Shown: one piece after another, positions 11,900-23,999 of the stretch
How the letters are laid out: each line of letters begins with the position of its first letter
Numbering within the stretch: position 1 is the stretch's first letter
Assembly (NCBI GenBank): GCA_036172245.1
Contig: JAYWIR010000035.1
Location: 496,001-560,000, forward strand
Direction: 5' to 3'
DNA: 64,000 bases
Source: Raillietiella orientalis
Lineage: Eukaryota
The notes under the pieces: model-generated
The model's input: only the letters and a program-made list of their open reading frames with translations
Told to the model about the DNA's origin: nothing
Databases searched by the model: none
Translations under genes and position numbers: made by a program

Positions 11900-13100
11900 T
11901 TTCATTTCTCGTGTCCAATGAATTTACAATTTTCGAAGCATTTTTCTGCGGCTCGGAGAGCACCAGGTGCACGTCTAGAGTCGTCCGCAGTCTCGCTTCC
12001 GCCGGGTATTCTCCATTTGCTTTGGAAACTTCCTCCCTATCCGGCTTGGCAGGCTCTCCTCATTCGACTTCTCTTACTCCTTTCCTTTCCTTCTTCTTAT
12101 TCCACTTCTTTTCCTCCTGGGAAGAGAAGTGGAAGAAGTCCTGCGAAGGTAAGAGCTGACCGGTCACGGCCTGACGTTCGCATAAACCTCACTAGCCCTG
12201 CGTGACCTTCCGTAACGCACGCCTGTTTCGCACCTCCCGTCGAACATGAAGTTTGCTTCGGAGCTCCCTTGCTTCCACGGGTTGCGCTTCTTTTGGGCGA
12301 CAACTGCTTCCTCCTCTTCCTCCTCCTCCGGAAGGCTTTTGGAGCACTTGGGAGGGAATTCCGAAAAGTGTTGCAAATTCCCGACTTCCCTTTCCTTGGC
12401 TTCTTCTCTCTCTGAAGCCATTCTCAACGTTCTGACGTGGTACGTTGCCATCGCAGGCAAGCAGCTGCGGAGGAGGAAGGGGGGGGGGGAGAAAGCACCA
12501 TTAAGGGGGTAGACTAGGAGAAAAACACACAAGAAATTCGCCGTTTCTACACTTTGGACATGCCGCGAGCGTTCTCCGTGGATGAGTTACACGAGATAAT
12601 GAGACGAAAGTGGTTGCCTTGCTCGCTGGACACGTGACAGGTGACACGAATCAGGTGATTTGTGAATATAGCCGCAGTGAATGAGAATACAGGTGCTCAT
12701 TACGCGTTGCCCTGTCCACGATGTTATTCCACGTGGCGTGCTGAAATGAATCTGAAGTGTAAAAACGCGCCGAATTCCCGCCAAAAAGCACTTTAGTACA
12801 ACGCAAGAAACGATAAAATACGCCTGTAATACGATTTTCGTTGTTGACTTCGCACTAATCGATCATCATCAATACTTGGCAATCAGTGAATGATGTGGAG
12901 CTTGCACACATGAAGCAACAACAACAACAACAACAACAAGAAAGCGTCACGAAATGGGACCGACGACATTTTTGCAAACCTATTCGCAGTTACTCGCAGC
13001 ACGAGGAGAAAGGGTGACAGTTTTGTTAGTAGATAGCGCTGCCTGTACTGCGCGCTTCTCATCCCTCACGTCCGCAGGGCTGTTCCCTCAGTCATGAGGC
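11900..13100 (-). pseudogene. BTB-BACK-MATH remnant with an internal (TTG)8 expansion
   Basis: LLVLRVTANRFAKMSSVPFRD (BTB), PDSCHLSRVQRARQPLSSHYLV and FLLRSCLPAMA (BACK), ANFMFDGR (MATH). Confidence 0.55.
12916..12939. repeat. (CAA)8 microsatellite
   Basis: Read directly from the sequence. Confidence 0.95.
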
Positions 13101-13139
13101 CGTGCTGTAACGGTGGCACGTGAGTAAGCGTCCTGGAGG

Positions 13140-14900
13140 CTCCGTGATGAAGAAGGTCTTTCGGGAGGGTCTCCGTTCCCCAATCGGAACGGATCAAGGT
13201 GGCTCCCGGGCGCACTCGGCCCCCGTGGCGGCACTCGTCGACGCTCCGAAAAGCCTCCCGAATGCATGCAAATCGCAGATCGCGGAAGGGGCCTCAAGAC
13301 AAACAAGGAGGACACGTTCCGCCGCAAAGACACTGTTGGCTGGCGTCGGCGGACGGCACGGCATCCACGAAGCGAGGCCACTGCCGCCGGAAAGAACGAG
13401 CAAGCAGCCCGCGCGAAGGTGGCGCTTTTTCCGCAAAGGTGCAGCGCTCCCGGCCACCAGGGCAGGGCGCTTACCGTTCGCGACCCCTCAGCCGGGTGTG
13501 CGCGCACATCAGGACGAGGACAAGATGGGCGCCCCTCGGCTCAGACTGTGGTGGCCTCTGGGGATGGAGCGCCGTCCCCTGATCCAGGTCCGGGGACACG
13601 TGAGCGGCGGCGGCGCGCGCGGATCCTCCAGGGTCTCGGGATAAGCCGATGCATCTTCCCTCGGATCGCGTCCGATGCTCTGTCACGCTCACGGGACCGA
13701 GATAAACGGTCGCTTCGCGTCCCTTCCAGGCAGCCGGGAGGTGCTTGCGCAGAAACGCTGCAGGAGAAGCCCGTCCGTCCCTTCCGAAGTCGCACTGGAG
13801 CGGGCTGGTTCCGTAGCTTGCTGACTGAGGTTTGCTGACTCGGAAGGGAGAGGGGAGATGAGGTCTCCGCGAGGACTCTCTGCCCCTATGAGAGACGCGC
13901 TCTCTCCTTGCTTGTTGGACATCTGTAACAATTTGGCTGATTATGAAAAAGACGCGGCCGCGGTTTCCCGGGTCGAAATTTATGGGCATCTCCTTTCCGG
14001 AGACGAAGCCCTCTGCAGCGCGGAGGGGACGTCCGAGGGGGCGCGTCCAAAGGATTTTTGGCCTCCGACGACGCTCTGAGGAGGACGCTGCCGCTTCCGC
14101 GGGCGCGCGCTCTGCGGAGGTTCCGCGCGATGGTCGGCCGGCCGGCTTCGCGCCGCCCGTAGTTTTCCCTCGGACGAAGGAAGAACGGAATCGCCGCTGG
14201 CGCCCGCGCGAAGATTTTCTACCGCCTGGAGGCGGCTTGCTTCCTTGGGGTGCTACGGAGGGGTTGCCCTCTCGGTGGCTGCCACGTCTGCCCAATTCCG
14301 GAGCACACCCGGGACCGCGTCCAGGTAAGCGCGCGCGCGCGCATGCGCGAGGGCTCGCGCGCCGCTGCCGCCGATCACGTGGGGAAGGTTTGGTTTGGCG
14401 CGTCTTGAGCGCGCTTTCTTGCACTCAAGAGCTCATGAATGGGATGGACGTCGGTCCCGCGACGGATCAGCGGGATTTCGTCGGGACCCATCTGGCACTC
14501 GCCCTGGCGTGCTCTTCTCTGGCGTGCGCCTTGTCTCTCGAGAGGCGGTCTCTCTGCTACTTGCCGGCGCCCGACCGATCTCGGCCCGGAGGCCTCGGCG
14601 AGAGGAGGAGGAAGAAAGGGGAGGGATCTCCGTTCCTCTCGTTCTTCCTCGCTGACTCGGGTGCTCCATCTTCCGTAGTGCTTATCTCCTGCTCTTGTTC
14701 TCTTCTTCCTCCCCCTTCCTTCTTCCCCCATCCCATCCCCCGGGGACGCGCGGTAATTGAGCTCCCCTGCAGACCCTCTTTAGAGAACTCCCGGGCATTA
14801 ACCAGATACGGCGAGGTCCATTCCGCAGCTGTCCGATCTGCGAGATGCGTCTTAGCAGAGGCGACAGTGACGAGTGTCCCCTCGCCAGAGCACGTTGCAT
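13140..14900 (+). pseudogene. BTB-BACK-MATH remnant (possibly two BTB pieces)
   Basis: GGSRAHSAPVAAL (BTB), CLLDICNNLADY...HLLSGDEALCSAE (BACK, ORF 13858), EGLVWRV...DFVGTHL...LACALSL...VLAEATVT (MATH, ORF 13943). Confidence 0.65.
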
Positions 14901-14999
14901 CAAAAATAAAATAAAAAGGAAATGCAGGGAAAGCAAAAGGCTTTGCAGCCTAGTTGAGAGTCTCGGCAGCAATAGGTGATCCCCCTCCTCCCCCAACTT

Positions 15000-16330
15000 C
15001 CCTGCCTTCCCCATCCAGGCAGAGCGCCTGACTTCGCCCGGCAGGAGCTCGAACTCGGACGAACGCGCATGCGTGTCGCGGCTGCAGCAGCGGCGGCCAA
15101 CCAGCCGCTGACCCGCAGGAAGAGAACGGGAGCGCCGCACGACTTCCCCTGCTTGGCACCGACCTCCCGTGGGCGGAAAGGGAGAGAGAGCTCATATAAG
15201 GAGGTCACATGCTTGGGGATGGAAACTGCGTTTGTCGACCGGAAGCAGCGTTCTTCCCATCTCCAAGGAAACGGCGTCGAATGGCGCCGATGCTCAACCT
15301 CTCGGAGCGCCGGAACGCGTCCTTCCCTCCTTCCTCCAGAGGAAGATGCCGCTGCTCCTGCTGCAGGCTCCAGTGCTTCCTTCAGGGGGTGCCGCCACAG
15401 CCTGTCCGCCCGCTTCCAGACGTCACTGCAGGGCGATCGTTCCGCTTAGAGGGACTCGGGGAAAATTCTCGGAGGTTCCCGTTCCTGCGCACAGCTGAGA
15501 CTCTGGAGCGCAGCCGCAGCAGTGCCCGGTTGCATCGCGCGACAGGGAGGAGGGGAGGATGGGGAGGGGGGACCAACCGATAGACCGTACGGCTGGATGC
15601 CGGCGGCGCCACTCTCCCGTCCACGCGCTCGGTAAGGACGCGGGCGGGGCCGATCGCATCCTCTACGGGATGACACTGAGAGGGCGCACTTGCGCCTCCG
15701 GGAAGGGAAGGTGTTGGCGCTTCCCGACCGGCAGTCACCGGTGGGAGGGAGAGCTGGAAGGTGAGGCTCCCGGGCACCTTTCCTCTGCCGGCAGACCGCG
15801 CATGCGCGCGCCGCTGCGGGAAGGGAAGGAGGGCAGCACTCCTGGAGATCGGTTTTTTGCTCGGCGGCCGCGGCATTAGACGATGGCTCCGGGGGATCCT
15901 CTCGAGTCGCGTGCTTCGACTGAGCGGTTCCTGTGGGAGAAGTTTCTCCAGCGCTTTTCGCTGCCAGAGGCGGGGCTCTGAACGTCCCGAGGACGCACAT
16001 ACTCGGACAGCAAAGCGCCGCCTTGCGCGGAGGGAGCGGCGGACCATCCACCGGCCAATTTGTCCTCCTCGAGGAATCCACGGGAGAGAGCTGGAGGGAC
16101 CCTTCCTGCTCCCCAGACCTGCAGGCTCGCCAAAGGAACAGCGACGTAAGCGGTGGTCTTCCCCGCTGACCCGAAATCCGCACCCCGCACCGCTTTCGGC
16201 CCTCGAGAAACGCGAAGGGTTCGGGGTGAAGATGGCGCCACTGAATGTCCCTTCCCTCGCGCCGTAGAGCCACCGAAGGAGGAAAAGGGGTCTCCTAGTC
16301 TGACCACGCTTGTTTCTTGGGCTCAGTAAC
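15000..16330 (+). pseudogene. BTB-BACK-MATH remnant
   Basis: RELI*GG (BTB iY.G with Y lost to TAA), GKFSEV and DRILYGMT (BACK), RSFSSAFRC and EGFGVKMAPL (MATH). Confidence 0.45.
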
Positions 16331-16780
16331 CTCCGTTCCCGAGTCCCAGAGATTTTCCCTCCGCGTGCTCCAAGACGTCCCTCCTCCCTCAAGGAAACTG
16401 CTGCGAGGGAGGTCGGTCCGCAGCTCTCTGAGGTGAAGGACGGGCGTGCGACAGGTCGGAGGGGAACCGGAGGGAGGCACCTCTTCCGAGAACGTCAGGT
16501 CCGCCCGCTCGCCTTCGCAACGGGCTCGGCCCTGGGACGCGGCCGCGAGGGCTGCGGATTCGATGAAGGGCGGGGGCAAAGGCACAACTCCAGCCGACGG
16601 AGCCGCGTTCTTGCAGCGGCCCCGTTCCCGGCTACCGGGTGAGCTGGACAACAGGGTCGAGGAGGTGGTGGCGTATCCTCGACGGCGCTCATCCAGGAGG
16701 TCCTCCTCCTCCTCCGCCTTCTCCTTGGATGAGACGTCGGGGCTGCTGCGCGGGAGGTCCCCTCGAGGCTCGAGAGAACT
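16282..16780 (+). repeat. 499-bp direct repeat, copy 1 (apparently identical to 20534-21032)
   Basis: Ends aligned by eye at offset 4252. The overlapping ORF translations are identical in both copies (16310-16642 = 20562-20894, and 16446-16780 matches 20698-21032). About 90 bp upstream is similar but not identical. Confidence 0.95.
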
Positions 16781-18250
16781 GTCCTTCCGCTCTTAGGTCG
16801 AGGGGACGCTTCTTCCTTCCGGGGAGCGGGGGGCACCTGCAGGAAAGGTCGCCGCGCTGGTCCGAGATCGGTGGGAGGAGCACGGGCGCTTCCGAGCCCG
16901 CGCGAAGCTGCGCAGGCGCTACTCGGGGGAGCGCGCAGATCGGGCTCAGTCGTTGCTCATGCCCGCGCTTCGGTGCCACACGGTGGGTGGCGCGAGGCTC
17001 GCCGCGTGCACCACGCGCGCGCGGTTTTCTCCGCTCCTGCCGTCAAGAAAGCGAGGTATTCTCCTCTCCTCCCTTTCCCAGCCCCCCCTTTGCCGAGGAA
17101 AGTTTTTCAGGAGTGCGAGTTTCTCACCTTCAGACCGGCTGCAACCGATCTCCCCTCCTCTCCCCCGTTCCCCGCTTCGCGGCAGTTTCGAGCTCGAGCC
17201 ACCACCCGTACGGCGCCGTCTCACGTGTTTCAGCGGGAGAAAGAGGGTGAGGGGCGGGGGTCGTCATCGTGGAATGGCCGTCTCCAGGGAGACAGCGTTT
17301 TGTCCGCCCGATATCGACGCTAGGGAAGGGAGACTGCGAAGATGAGCCTCGGACGGCGCGACCCTGGGGTTGTTGCCGCCGCAGCATTCCGGCGAGGCAG
17401 CGCGTGTCGCGGGGGTGCAGATCAGAGGTCTCCCGCCCCTCCTTCGACTCCTCTTCCCTCTCTCTCTAGCGAGTGCGTGCTCGCGAGGGTGGATGGGTGG
17501 AGAAGCGAGACGAGGATGGGAGGGGTCTCCGCTCCACAGGGATCGGATGGCGGTCGTCGGGAAGTGACGGATCGTCACGACACCCTTCGCATCGGTCCGC
17601 TGGGCCCGGGTCAAAGGTGATGCGACGGGGAAGGCTCCTCTTCCACCCGATGGCTCCGTCCAACGCGTGTCGAACCCCGGCGGTGGTTAGGAAAGATCCG
17701 GCCGAGAGGCCACCGCGGCGCGGCAGCATCTCCAGAGCGCCGGTCCCTGGAGGGTGGTGTTCCCCTTCGTTCCCTACTCCACTTCCCTCTTCCTCCCTAC
17801 CGGATCCGTGTGCGCTGCGCCACCCTTCTGTCCCGATGAGCGACCGAGAGCTACTCTCTGGGCGCTGGCAGGAGCGCGCCTTCAGCTCACCGCCGCGGAA
17901 GGGCGCATTCCGTCTCCTCCCTCTACCGGCGTCGCAGGACCCATTGGTCCCACGCCCGGGGAGGAACAAGGCAGCGAGCACGAATCACTGCCCGGGAGCG
18001 GCTCCGAGCGTGGTCGCGGTGGCGCCGTGCGCGCGCGGATCAGCGGTCCGACGGGAACGAGGCTGCCTGTGCAGAAAGTTCCCTCATCCCACCACCTCCA
18101 GAGGCACCCAAGGAAGAGGGGGCTGTTGCGGCGTCTGGAGCTGGGAATCCCTCAGGGATCTGCTGTGTCAGCAGCCGAACCGTTCGTACCCGCCACTTCG
18201 GTCGCCGAGCGACACGGAGCTCTCATCCGGGTGGGTGGTCCAGAGCACGA
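16410..18250 (+). pseudogene. BTB-BACK-MATH remnant
   Basis: PQLSEV...GG, ADGAAFLQRPRSRLPGELD and QEVLLLLRLL (BTB), PLLSPVPRFAAVSS (BACK end), GGCCGVWSWESLRDLL (MATH). Confidence 0.55.
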
Positions 18251-18329
18251 GGAGGGGTGCGGCTAGGGGTTTGGATGGTCTCTTAGACGATTCGGAGGTC
18301 CCACTGGTGACGTGGCTGGCAAGAGGGGC

Positions 18330-19650
18330 GGCAAGGCGTGGCGTCGTCCGATGGGAACGCGATCTCCTGGGTTCGCGCGGGCTCACGAGGGAACAGGAAG
18401 CTCTGGGGAAGCTGACCGCCGTCCACGGAGGTTCCTTCAGACCGAGCTCGGCCCAGAAACTGACTCCGGCCGACTCGCGGCCGCGGCGGAGCTTCTCGTT
18501 CTGCTAGACTGCGCGCTCTTAGGCTGCTATTCAGCTACGGATCTCCCTCAGGATCGCCCGCTTTCCGTGCGAGAGGGGCGGGAGTGTCGGGGTGCAGGTC
18601 TGATAGCCCTCCCTCTCCCCCCTCGTCGACGTGGAACCCGACGCTGCCAGTCTCTCTGCCCGTGCGTCTCCGAACGCCTGCGGCGCGATGCTCCAGGTCA
18701 CCCTCGACCGAGATCGGGAAGTCCTACCGCTGGCACATTTTTTCCCGAGTGACTGCGCATTTCGGCGGACGATCCCCATGTGCCCCGTAAGCAGTCGGGT
18801 AGCGGGAGCCGAGAGGAAACAACTGGAGGACTGGGACGGAAAGAGGGATCGCGAGGACCAGGGAGGCTGAGACTCGTGCGAGACGGGACGCGGACTCCCG
18901 GTAGCGGACCGGAGACCTCCTTTGGGAGGGTTCGCGGTTCCCTGGGTCTTCACGAGAACGGAACCATCTGCTTCTCGCATAACTCCGTTCACACTGGATG
19001 CCAGGAGAAACGCCCGAAGACGGTGAAGGTTCGCGTTTCTCTCGTTTCCCACCATTCAGGACGGAGGACGCTCCACTGCGGCGGTGTTTCTCACCAGCAG
19101 GAGGAGGCTGCTCCCAGGCGGGTTGCGAAGGGAAGGGGGACACACCAGCATGCCCCGTCCCCTCCAGACTCCCCCTGCCAGCCTGGAAGCTCTGGAACAC
19201 CCCCTTCCTCGACCTCGTCCCTTTCCCGGCCTACCTGCGAGCCGGGACGGGTAGCAACCACCTGCCCCCTCCTCGAGGAGCAGCCGTCCGTCCTAATCCG
19301 TCTACGTGCTGGGAAACTGCTCGCGGCTGTTCCGCAGCGGGGTGAAGCCCCTCCCGCCCCACTTCGCCCAGGAGAAGCAGAGCGCAGCGCCAGCGGCGGC
19401 GAACAGCGGAACTGAGCAGGACTGCCTACACCGCGTCGTCGTCGGAAGACAAGCGGAAGAATTTCTTTTTCCGGCTGCCCCTCCGATCTCGCACTCCAGG
19501 AAGGAGGAGGGGTGGACGGTTCCCGATAGCCATCTTCGCCGCCGCCCTACTCGATCCGGCCCCCCTGCCGCCACACGCGCGACAGCCACTCGCCGGTCGT
19601 AGGTCCGCATCCCAACCGCACTGCTGGTCCCTCTGGTCCCGCGCGCGGTT
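18330..19650 (+). pseudogene. BTB-BACK remnant
   Basis: GGSFRPSSAQKLTPADS, ELLVLLDCALLGCYSATDL and CQSLCPCVSERL (BTB), PFLDLVPFPAYL (BACK end). Confidence 0.45.
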
Positions 19651-19669
19651 CGCCCCCTCCAGGAATGCA

Positions 19670-20580
19670 GCAGCCAGGGAAGGCTTACCTTTTTGAGAAC
19701 GCTGCCCATCCTCACGGCAGGTCCGAACGCACCCTGTTCGGTGTCTGCTGGTACAGGGATGCTGTCGGAATCGCGCGCTGCGAGTTGCGCTGGAGAGGGG
19801 CTCGAGAGTAACCCCAGGCGATTGGGGCTGCGAGGGGACTCTCCAAAACAAAGCCCGGGAGTGCGTCCTCGGAGGGCGCGCACTCGGCTGCCGAGAGTGC
19901 CGTTCTCTCGGTCCTGGAGAAACGAGGGAAATGGGTCCTTGACCTCCAGTGACACGGTCGAGTCTGCGGGGCTTGCGGGAACGGTGCGCGCGCTCTCTTC
20001 CCCCTTCCGCCATTGTACGCCTCTCTTGCACGCCCGCGCGCCCGCGGCACGTGAAGAAGCCAAGAGCGGGCGATTCTCTTCCTTGAGCGAGCGCGGAGTT
20101 GCCCGCGCGGCACTGGCGGAGGCGAAAGACGGAGGATCTCGCAGGGGGAACCTCCCATCTCGCAGCGCTGTCTCTGGCCCATAGCGCGCCGGATCCCATC
20201 CACGATCCTCATTCCGGAGCGAACATGGGATGGAAGGAGAGCAGACGCGCGCGTCTTCTCCGCGGGGGAGAGAGAGAGAAAAAAAGAGGCAACGACTCCG
20301 AGAGCACACGGGAACCTGACCCTCTTCCTCCCTCCTCCCTTCTTATCCCGGACGCCGCTTCTTCCCCGTGGAAATTCCTCACGGGCACCGCTCCGAGACG
20401 CGACCTCCCTGAGCTCTCTGCTACCGGGCGTCCGCAGACGCGCCGCTTTCGGCCCTCGCGTAACGCGAAGGTTCGGGGTGAAGATGGCGCCACTGAATGT
20501 CCCTTCCTTCGCGCCGTAGAACCACCGAAGGGAGAAAAGGGGTCTCCTAGTCTGACCACGCTTGTTTCTTGGGCTCAGTA
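19670..20580 (+). pseudogene. BTB-BACK-MATH remnant, paralog of 15000-16330
   Basis: LPILTAGPNAPCSVSAGTGMLSESR (BTB iLaa.s...gm.Es). The 3' end aligns at the nucleotide level with 16190-16330. Confidence 0.45.
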
Positions 20581-21032
20581 ACCTCCGTTCCCGAGTCCCA
20601 GAGATTTTCCCTCCGCGTGCTCCAAGACGTCCCTCCTCCCTCAAGGAAACTGCTGCGAGGGAGGTCGGTCCGCAGCTCTCTGAGGTGAAGGACGGGCGTG
20701 CGACAGGTCGGAGGGGAACCGGAGGGAGGCACCTCTTCCGAGAACGTCAGGTCCGCCCGCTCGCCTTCGCAACGGGCTCGGCCCTGGGACGCGGCCGCGA
20801 GGGCTGCGGATTCGATGAAGGGCGGGGGCAAAGGCACAACTCCAGCCGACGGAGCCGCGTTCTTGCAGCGGCCCCGTTCCCGGCTACCGGGTGAGCTGGA
20901 CAACAGGGTCGAGGAGGTGGTGGCGTATCCTCGACGGCGCTCATCCAGGAGGTCCTCCTCCTCCTCCGCCTTCTCCTTGGATGAGACGTCGGGGCTGCTG
21001 CGCGGGAGGTCCCCTCGAGGCTCGAGAGAACT
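20534..21032 (+). repeat. 499-bp direct repeat, copy 2
   Basis: Matches 16282-16780. Confidence 0.95.
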
Positions 21033-21600
21033 CACTTTCCGCAGGAAGGGGGGGGGTAGAAGGTGGTGACCTAATGGCTGGACTGCTCCTTGAGCTTCCG
21101 TTCATTTGAGGCTGTTCCTCCTCCCACGCCCCTCTGACTTTCCGCCTGGGAAGAGCCGAGAGAGCGAATTCTTCGCTCGGTGCTTCCGCACGCGCTCGGG
21201 TCTGCGGGTTGTTCCGCGTTCCTCCCCCTAACCCCGAGGTCATAGTCCATCCATTCTCAGGATGGAGACCGCAGCTCTCTTTGTTTCGACAGCAGCCGCT
21301 GCGAGGCGACGGTGGAGGGTGCGCTTTGCTCTTGGACATGCAGCTGCTTCCCAGGGAACTGTCAACTTACAAGGGGTGACCTGCGAGGGTCAAAGTGGTC
21401 CGTGAGGAACTTAACGGTGGAAGCTCCAGCGTGCCGACGCTGTCGGAGGCGTCCACTGAGAAGGAGGGGGGGGGGGCATTGCAGCCGCCGGAGCTGGGAC
21501 TTCCTCAGGGATCTGCGACGGCAGCAGCCGAAGCGTTCGGACACGCCGCCTCTGTTGCCGAGCGACGCGGAGCTCTCATCAGAGTAACGACGGCAGCGGG
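20660..21600 (+). pseudogene. BTB...MATH remnant, shortened paralog of 16410-18250
   Basis: The BTB part lies in the identical tract. 21460-21590 aligns with 18105-18235 (SWDFLRDL vs SWESLRDL). The unit is about 900 bp shorter, with BACK apparently deleted. Confidence 0.55.
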
Positions 21601-22080
21601 ACTGCTCCAAGGATGGTTCAGCGACGCACGAGGCGATGCGCAGCAGATCTCCAAGGTGATCCACTATCCCCACCCTACAAATTCAGGAACACCCCTTAGA
21701 AGAAGGTCCTGGTCCGTTTTTCTCTGGATCTCGGGAGGGAACTCTTCCCTATTCTTCCCGAAGGGAACCTCCAGAGAAGTCTAGTCTTCGAATCTTCTTT
21801 GAAGGAAACCAGGAAAGAATCCTCTTCTGGAATGCTCCTTTGAGGAGAACTCCGAAGGGACGCTTGCCGATTCCTCTCTGCAGGGTGCTCCTTTGAAAGG
21901 AGCAGGGCGCTTCTTGCACCCTGGAGATCCGCTTCCTCGAGTGGGGCACCAATGGACTGCATGGAAACGGCCCTCTTTTCGCCACCGTAGGGGAACTCAC
22001 GAAGGACTCGTCCTTTCTTCCTAAAAGGGCCTCGGGGGATCGTCTTCAAGTCCCGGCCAGCCGATCCTGAGGATATCCGG
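21600..22080 (-). pseudogene. Partial BTB-BACK remnant
   Basis: ORF 21696-22049 has VLREFPYGGEKRAVSMQSIGAPLEEADLQG (BTB ll.f.Yg...L.aAd). TILGAVPLPSL follows downstream. Confidence 0.6.
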
Positions 22081-22089
22081 ATTCCACCG

Positions 22090-23120
22090 GTGCCGCGGTC
22101 CCACTCAGGTCTCTCTTGGAAACGTTAGCATCCCGGCTTCCTCTTTCTTCTCAGCGGCTGCCGAGGAACCGGCTCTCCCTGTCTCCCGTCAAAATGCTGG
22201 GTCCGTGCTTCTTGCTATTTCTGTGCCTTTTCCTCTCTCGAACGATTCGCGACGGCGCATCCCGCACGAGACTGCGCCATCTCCAGTGGCGCCGAGTCCT
22301 AACCGATGACAACAGTCATCGAGATCGCGAGTCATATGAAGACGGACCATTTGCAGCTTGACACTGTACAAGAGTATGAATCTGTACGAGCGCTGCTTAC
22401 GGGTTCTTCGTGGAAGTCACTAGCATTAGCATTCCAGGTGGTGGCACGCAGTCCCCTTGGGCGTCAAGCACGCGCGCGCGCGTCCGAGCTGGCGGTACCG
22501 TTTGCGGGATTGGACTGCTTTGCTTGGAGGGTTCCTCAACTCACCTGGGTCCCTGCCTCTCCGCCTGAAGCTGCTGCTGCTCCTAGTGGAATCTCGGAAG
22601 TCCAGCCAGGGTTCTCCGGATGGAAGCACGAGCCCGACGAAACTCTTGTCCAAAAGGATGAGGAGCTCTTGGTACAGGGGGGAGGAAGATCTCCCTCCCC
22701 TTTCTCGGCGAGGAAGCAGCTCTTGGGACCTCGGGTCAAAGCGGTGGTGGGAGAGACGTAATCACCCGGCGGGGGCGTCCGGGCTTTAGAGAGCCATGGA
22801 GAAGGGTGCTACCGGAGGAGTGGGGCCGCTCAGCTCTTCAGGCTGCTGGTCACTGCTTGTGTAAGAGCGTTCTCATCGAGGACGTGGCTTCAGGCCTCTC
22901 GCTCAGGGGGCGCGGCCGGCAGGCAGCCGTGCATGCAGAAGTTGATCCGAAGTCTCTTTTCTTAACTGGGATTGTTCCTCGGGAGCTCGGTTGCTTTGCA
23001 GTTACCAAGGCTTTCTTGTTTACGCAATAGTCAAGAAGAGGATTGCTTGCGCTGTCCGGGGACGGATGATCCGTATGGTGCGGTGGCATGCACTTCGCTC
23101 CCCACCACCTCACTCGCTAA
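22090..23120 (+). pseudogene. BTB-BACK-MATH remnant
   Basis: ETLASR...LSLSPV...CFLLFLCLFLSRTI (BTB), SEVQPGFSGWKHEPD (BACK), weak MATH-like tail in ORF 22806. Confidence 0.5.
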
Positions 23121-23199
23121 CGGAGCACTCACGCAGGTCAGTGGGAGAGAGAGAGAGAGAGAGATGGAGGAGAGAAGGTTCCATCTATCCTCCCGCTCA

Positions 23200-23990
23200 G
23201 TAGGCCCTTCCCCCCTTCCCTAGTGTGCGGATTGAACACGCACTCGTGAATGAAGGCACGCAAGTCCCAGGTGCGGTTTGCATGTTGAGCGCCGCTGATT
23301 GTTCTTTTGACGAGACGGGCAGGGAGCGTTTCCTCGGGATGAGGGAAAGCACCTGGGATCTTCTTGCCGGAGAAGCCGGGCTGAAAGTCTCCTTTGAGTA
23401 AAGGTACGCGACTTTGGTAGAGGTCCTTCCAGAAGACGGCTCTTTTGGAGAGCGCTCTCCGGTTCGAGCTCCCCCGAAAGCAATCCAGCCTCCTGGATCC
23501 AAGAAACCCATTTTTCGATCCCTCCGGCTTCCCTCCTGGGGTCGAGAGGAAGTTGCTGGGTGCTCTTCCTCCCTCCTTCTTTTCCTCCTCATAGCAGGAC
23601 GTGCAACGCCGCGGTGATCGCGAGGTCTGCGTTGGCCGACAGCCTCTGGGCTTTGGCACCTGGACGCGGAGCTGCTCCCTAGCTCCATCCAGCGCCCTCC
23701 GGATGCGAGCAGGAACCAAGGAGCTCAGAACACTCAGAAGCGACCGCGGAAACTCCACGCGCAGGAGGATGCTTGCACATTCCGACTCTGGAACTTTCGG
23801 GAGCGGGCGACCTCTCGAGGGAGATCTGACCACCCCCGAGGTCGCTAGTTCAGAACAACTCGTCGCTCCGGGGGCAGAAGTGCTCTGCAGCCGGTTTGCT
23901 TGCTGGAAATTAGAAGAGTTTCCTCCTCCGCATCAAGAGATTATCGAAGATGCTTCCCTGAGAGCCTGCGACATGTCCAGGCATCGCAGA
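23200..23990 (-). pseudogene. BACK-MATH remnant
   Basis: ASILLRVEFPRSLLSVLSSLV...RALDGA (BACK end, ORF 23138-23833). The downstream MATH-like part is weak. Confidence 0.35.
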
Positions 23991-23999
23991 CTCGGACGT

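Noticed and set aside
583..13270. TGCATGCA motifs suggesting an apicomplexan host
   Set aside because: Only a few occurrences (near 584, 6052, 13263), which is too weak for a taxonomic or regulatory call.
600..14920. Poly-A tails implying each unit is a separate retrocopy (A-tracts at 608-618, 1607-1622 minus, 14901-14917)
   Set aside because: A/T tracts occur in both orientations and inside domains, no target-site duplications were seen, and block duplication explains the array better.
8576..20309. Long ORFs such as 8576-9727 (-), 9635-10600 (+), 13471-14424 (-), 15382-16392 (-) and 19302-20309 (-) as standalone genes
   Set aside because: They are Arg/Pro/Gly/Ser-rich translations typical of shadow frames in GC-rich DNA, show no recognisable domain, and lie antisense to domain remnants.
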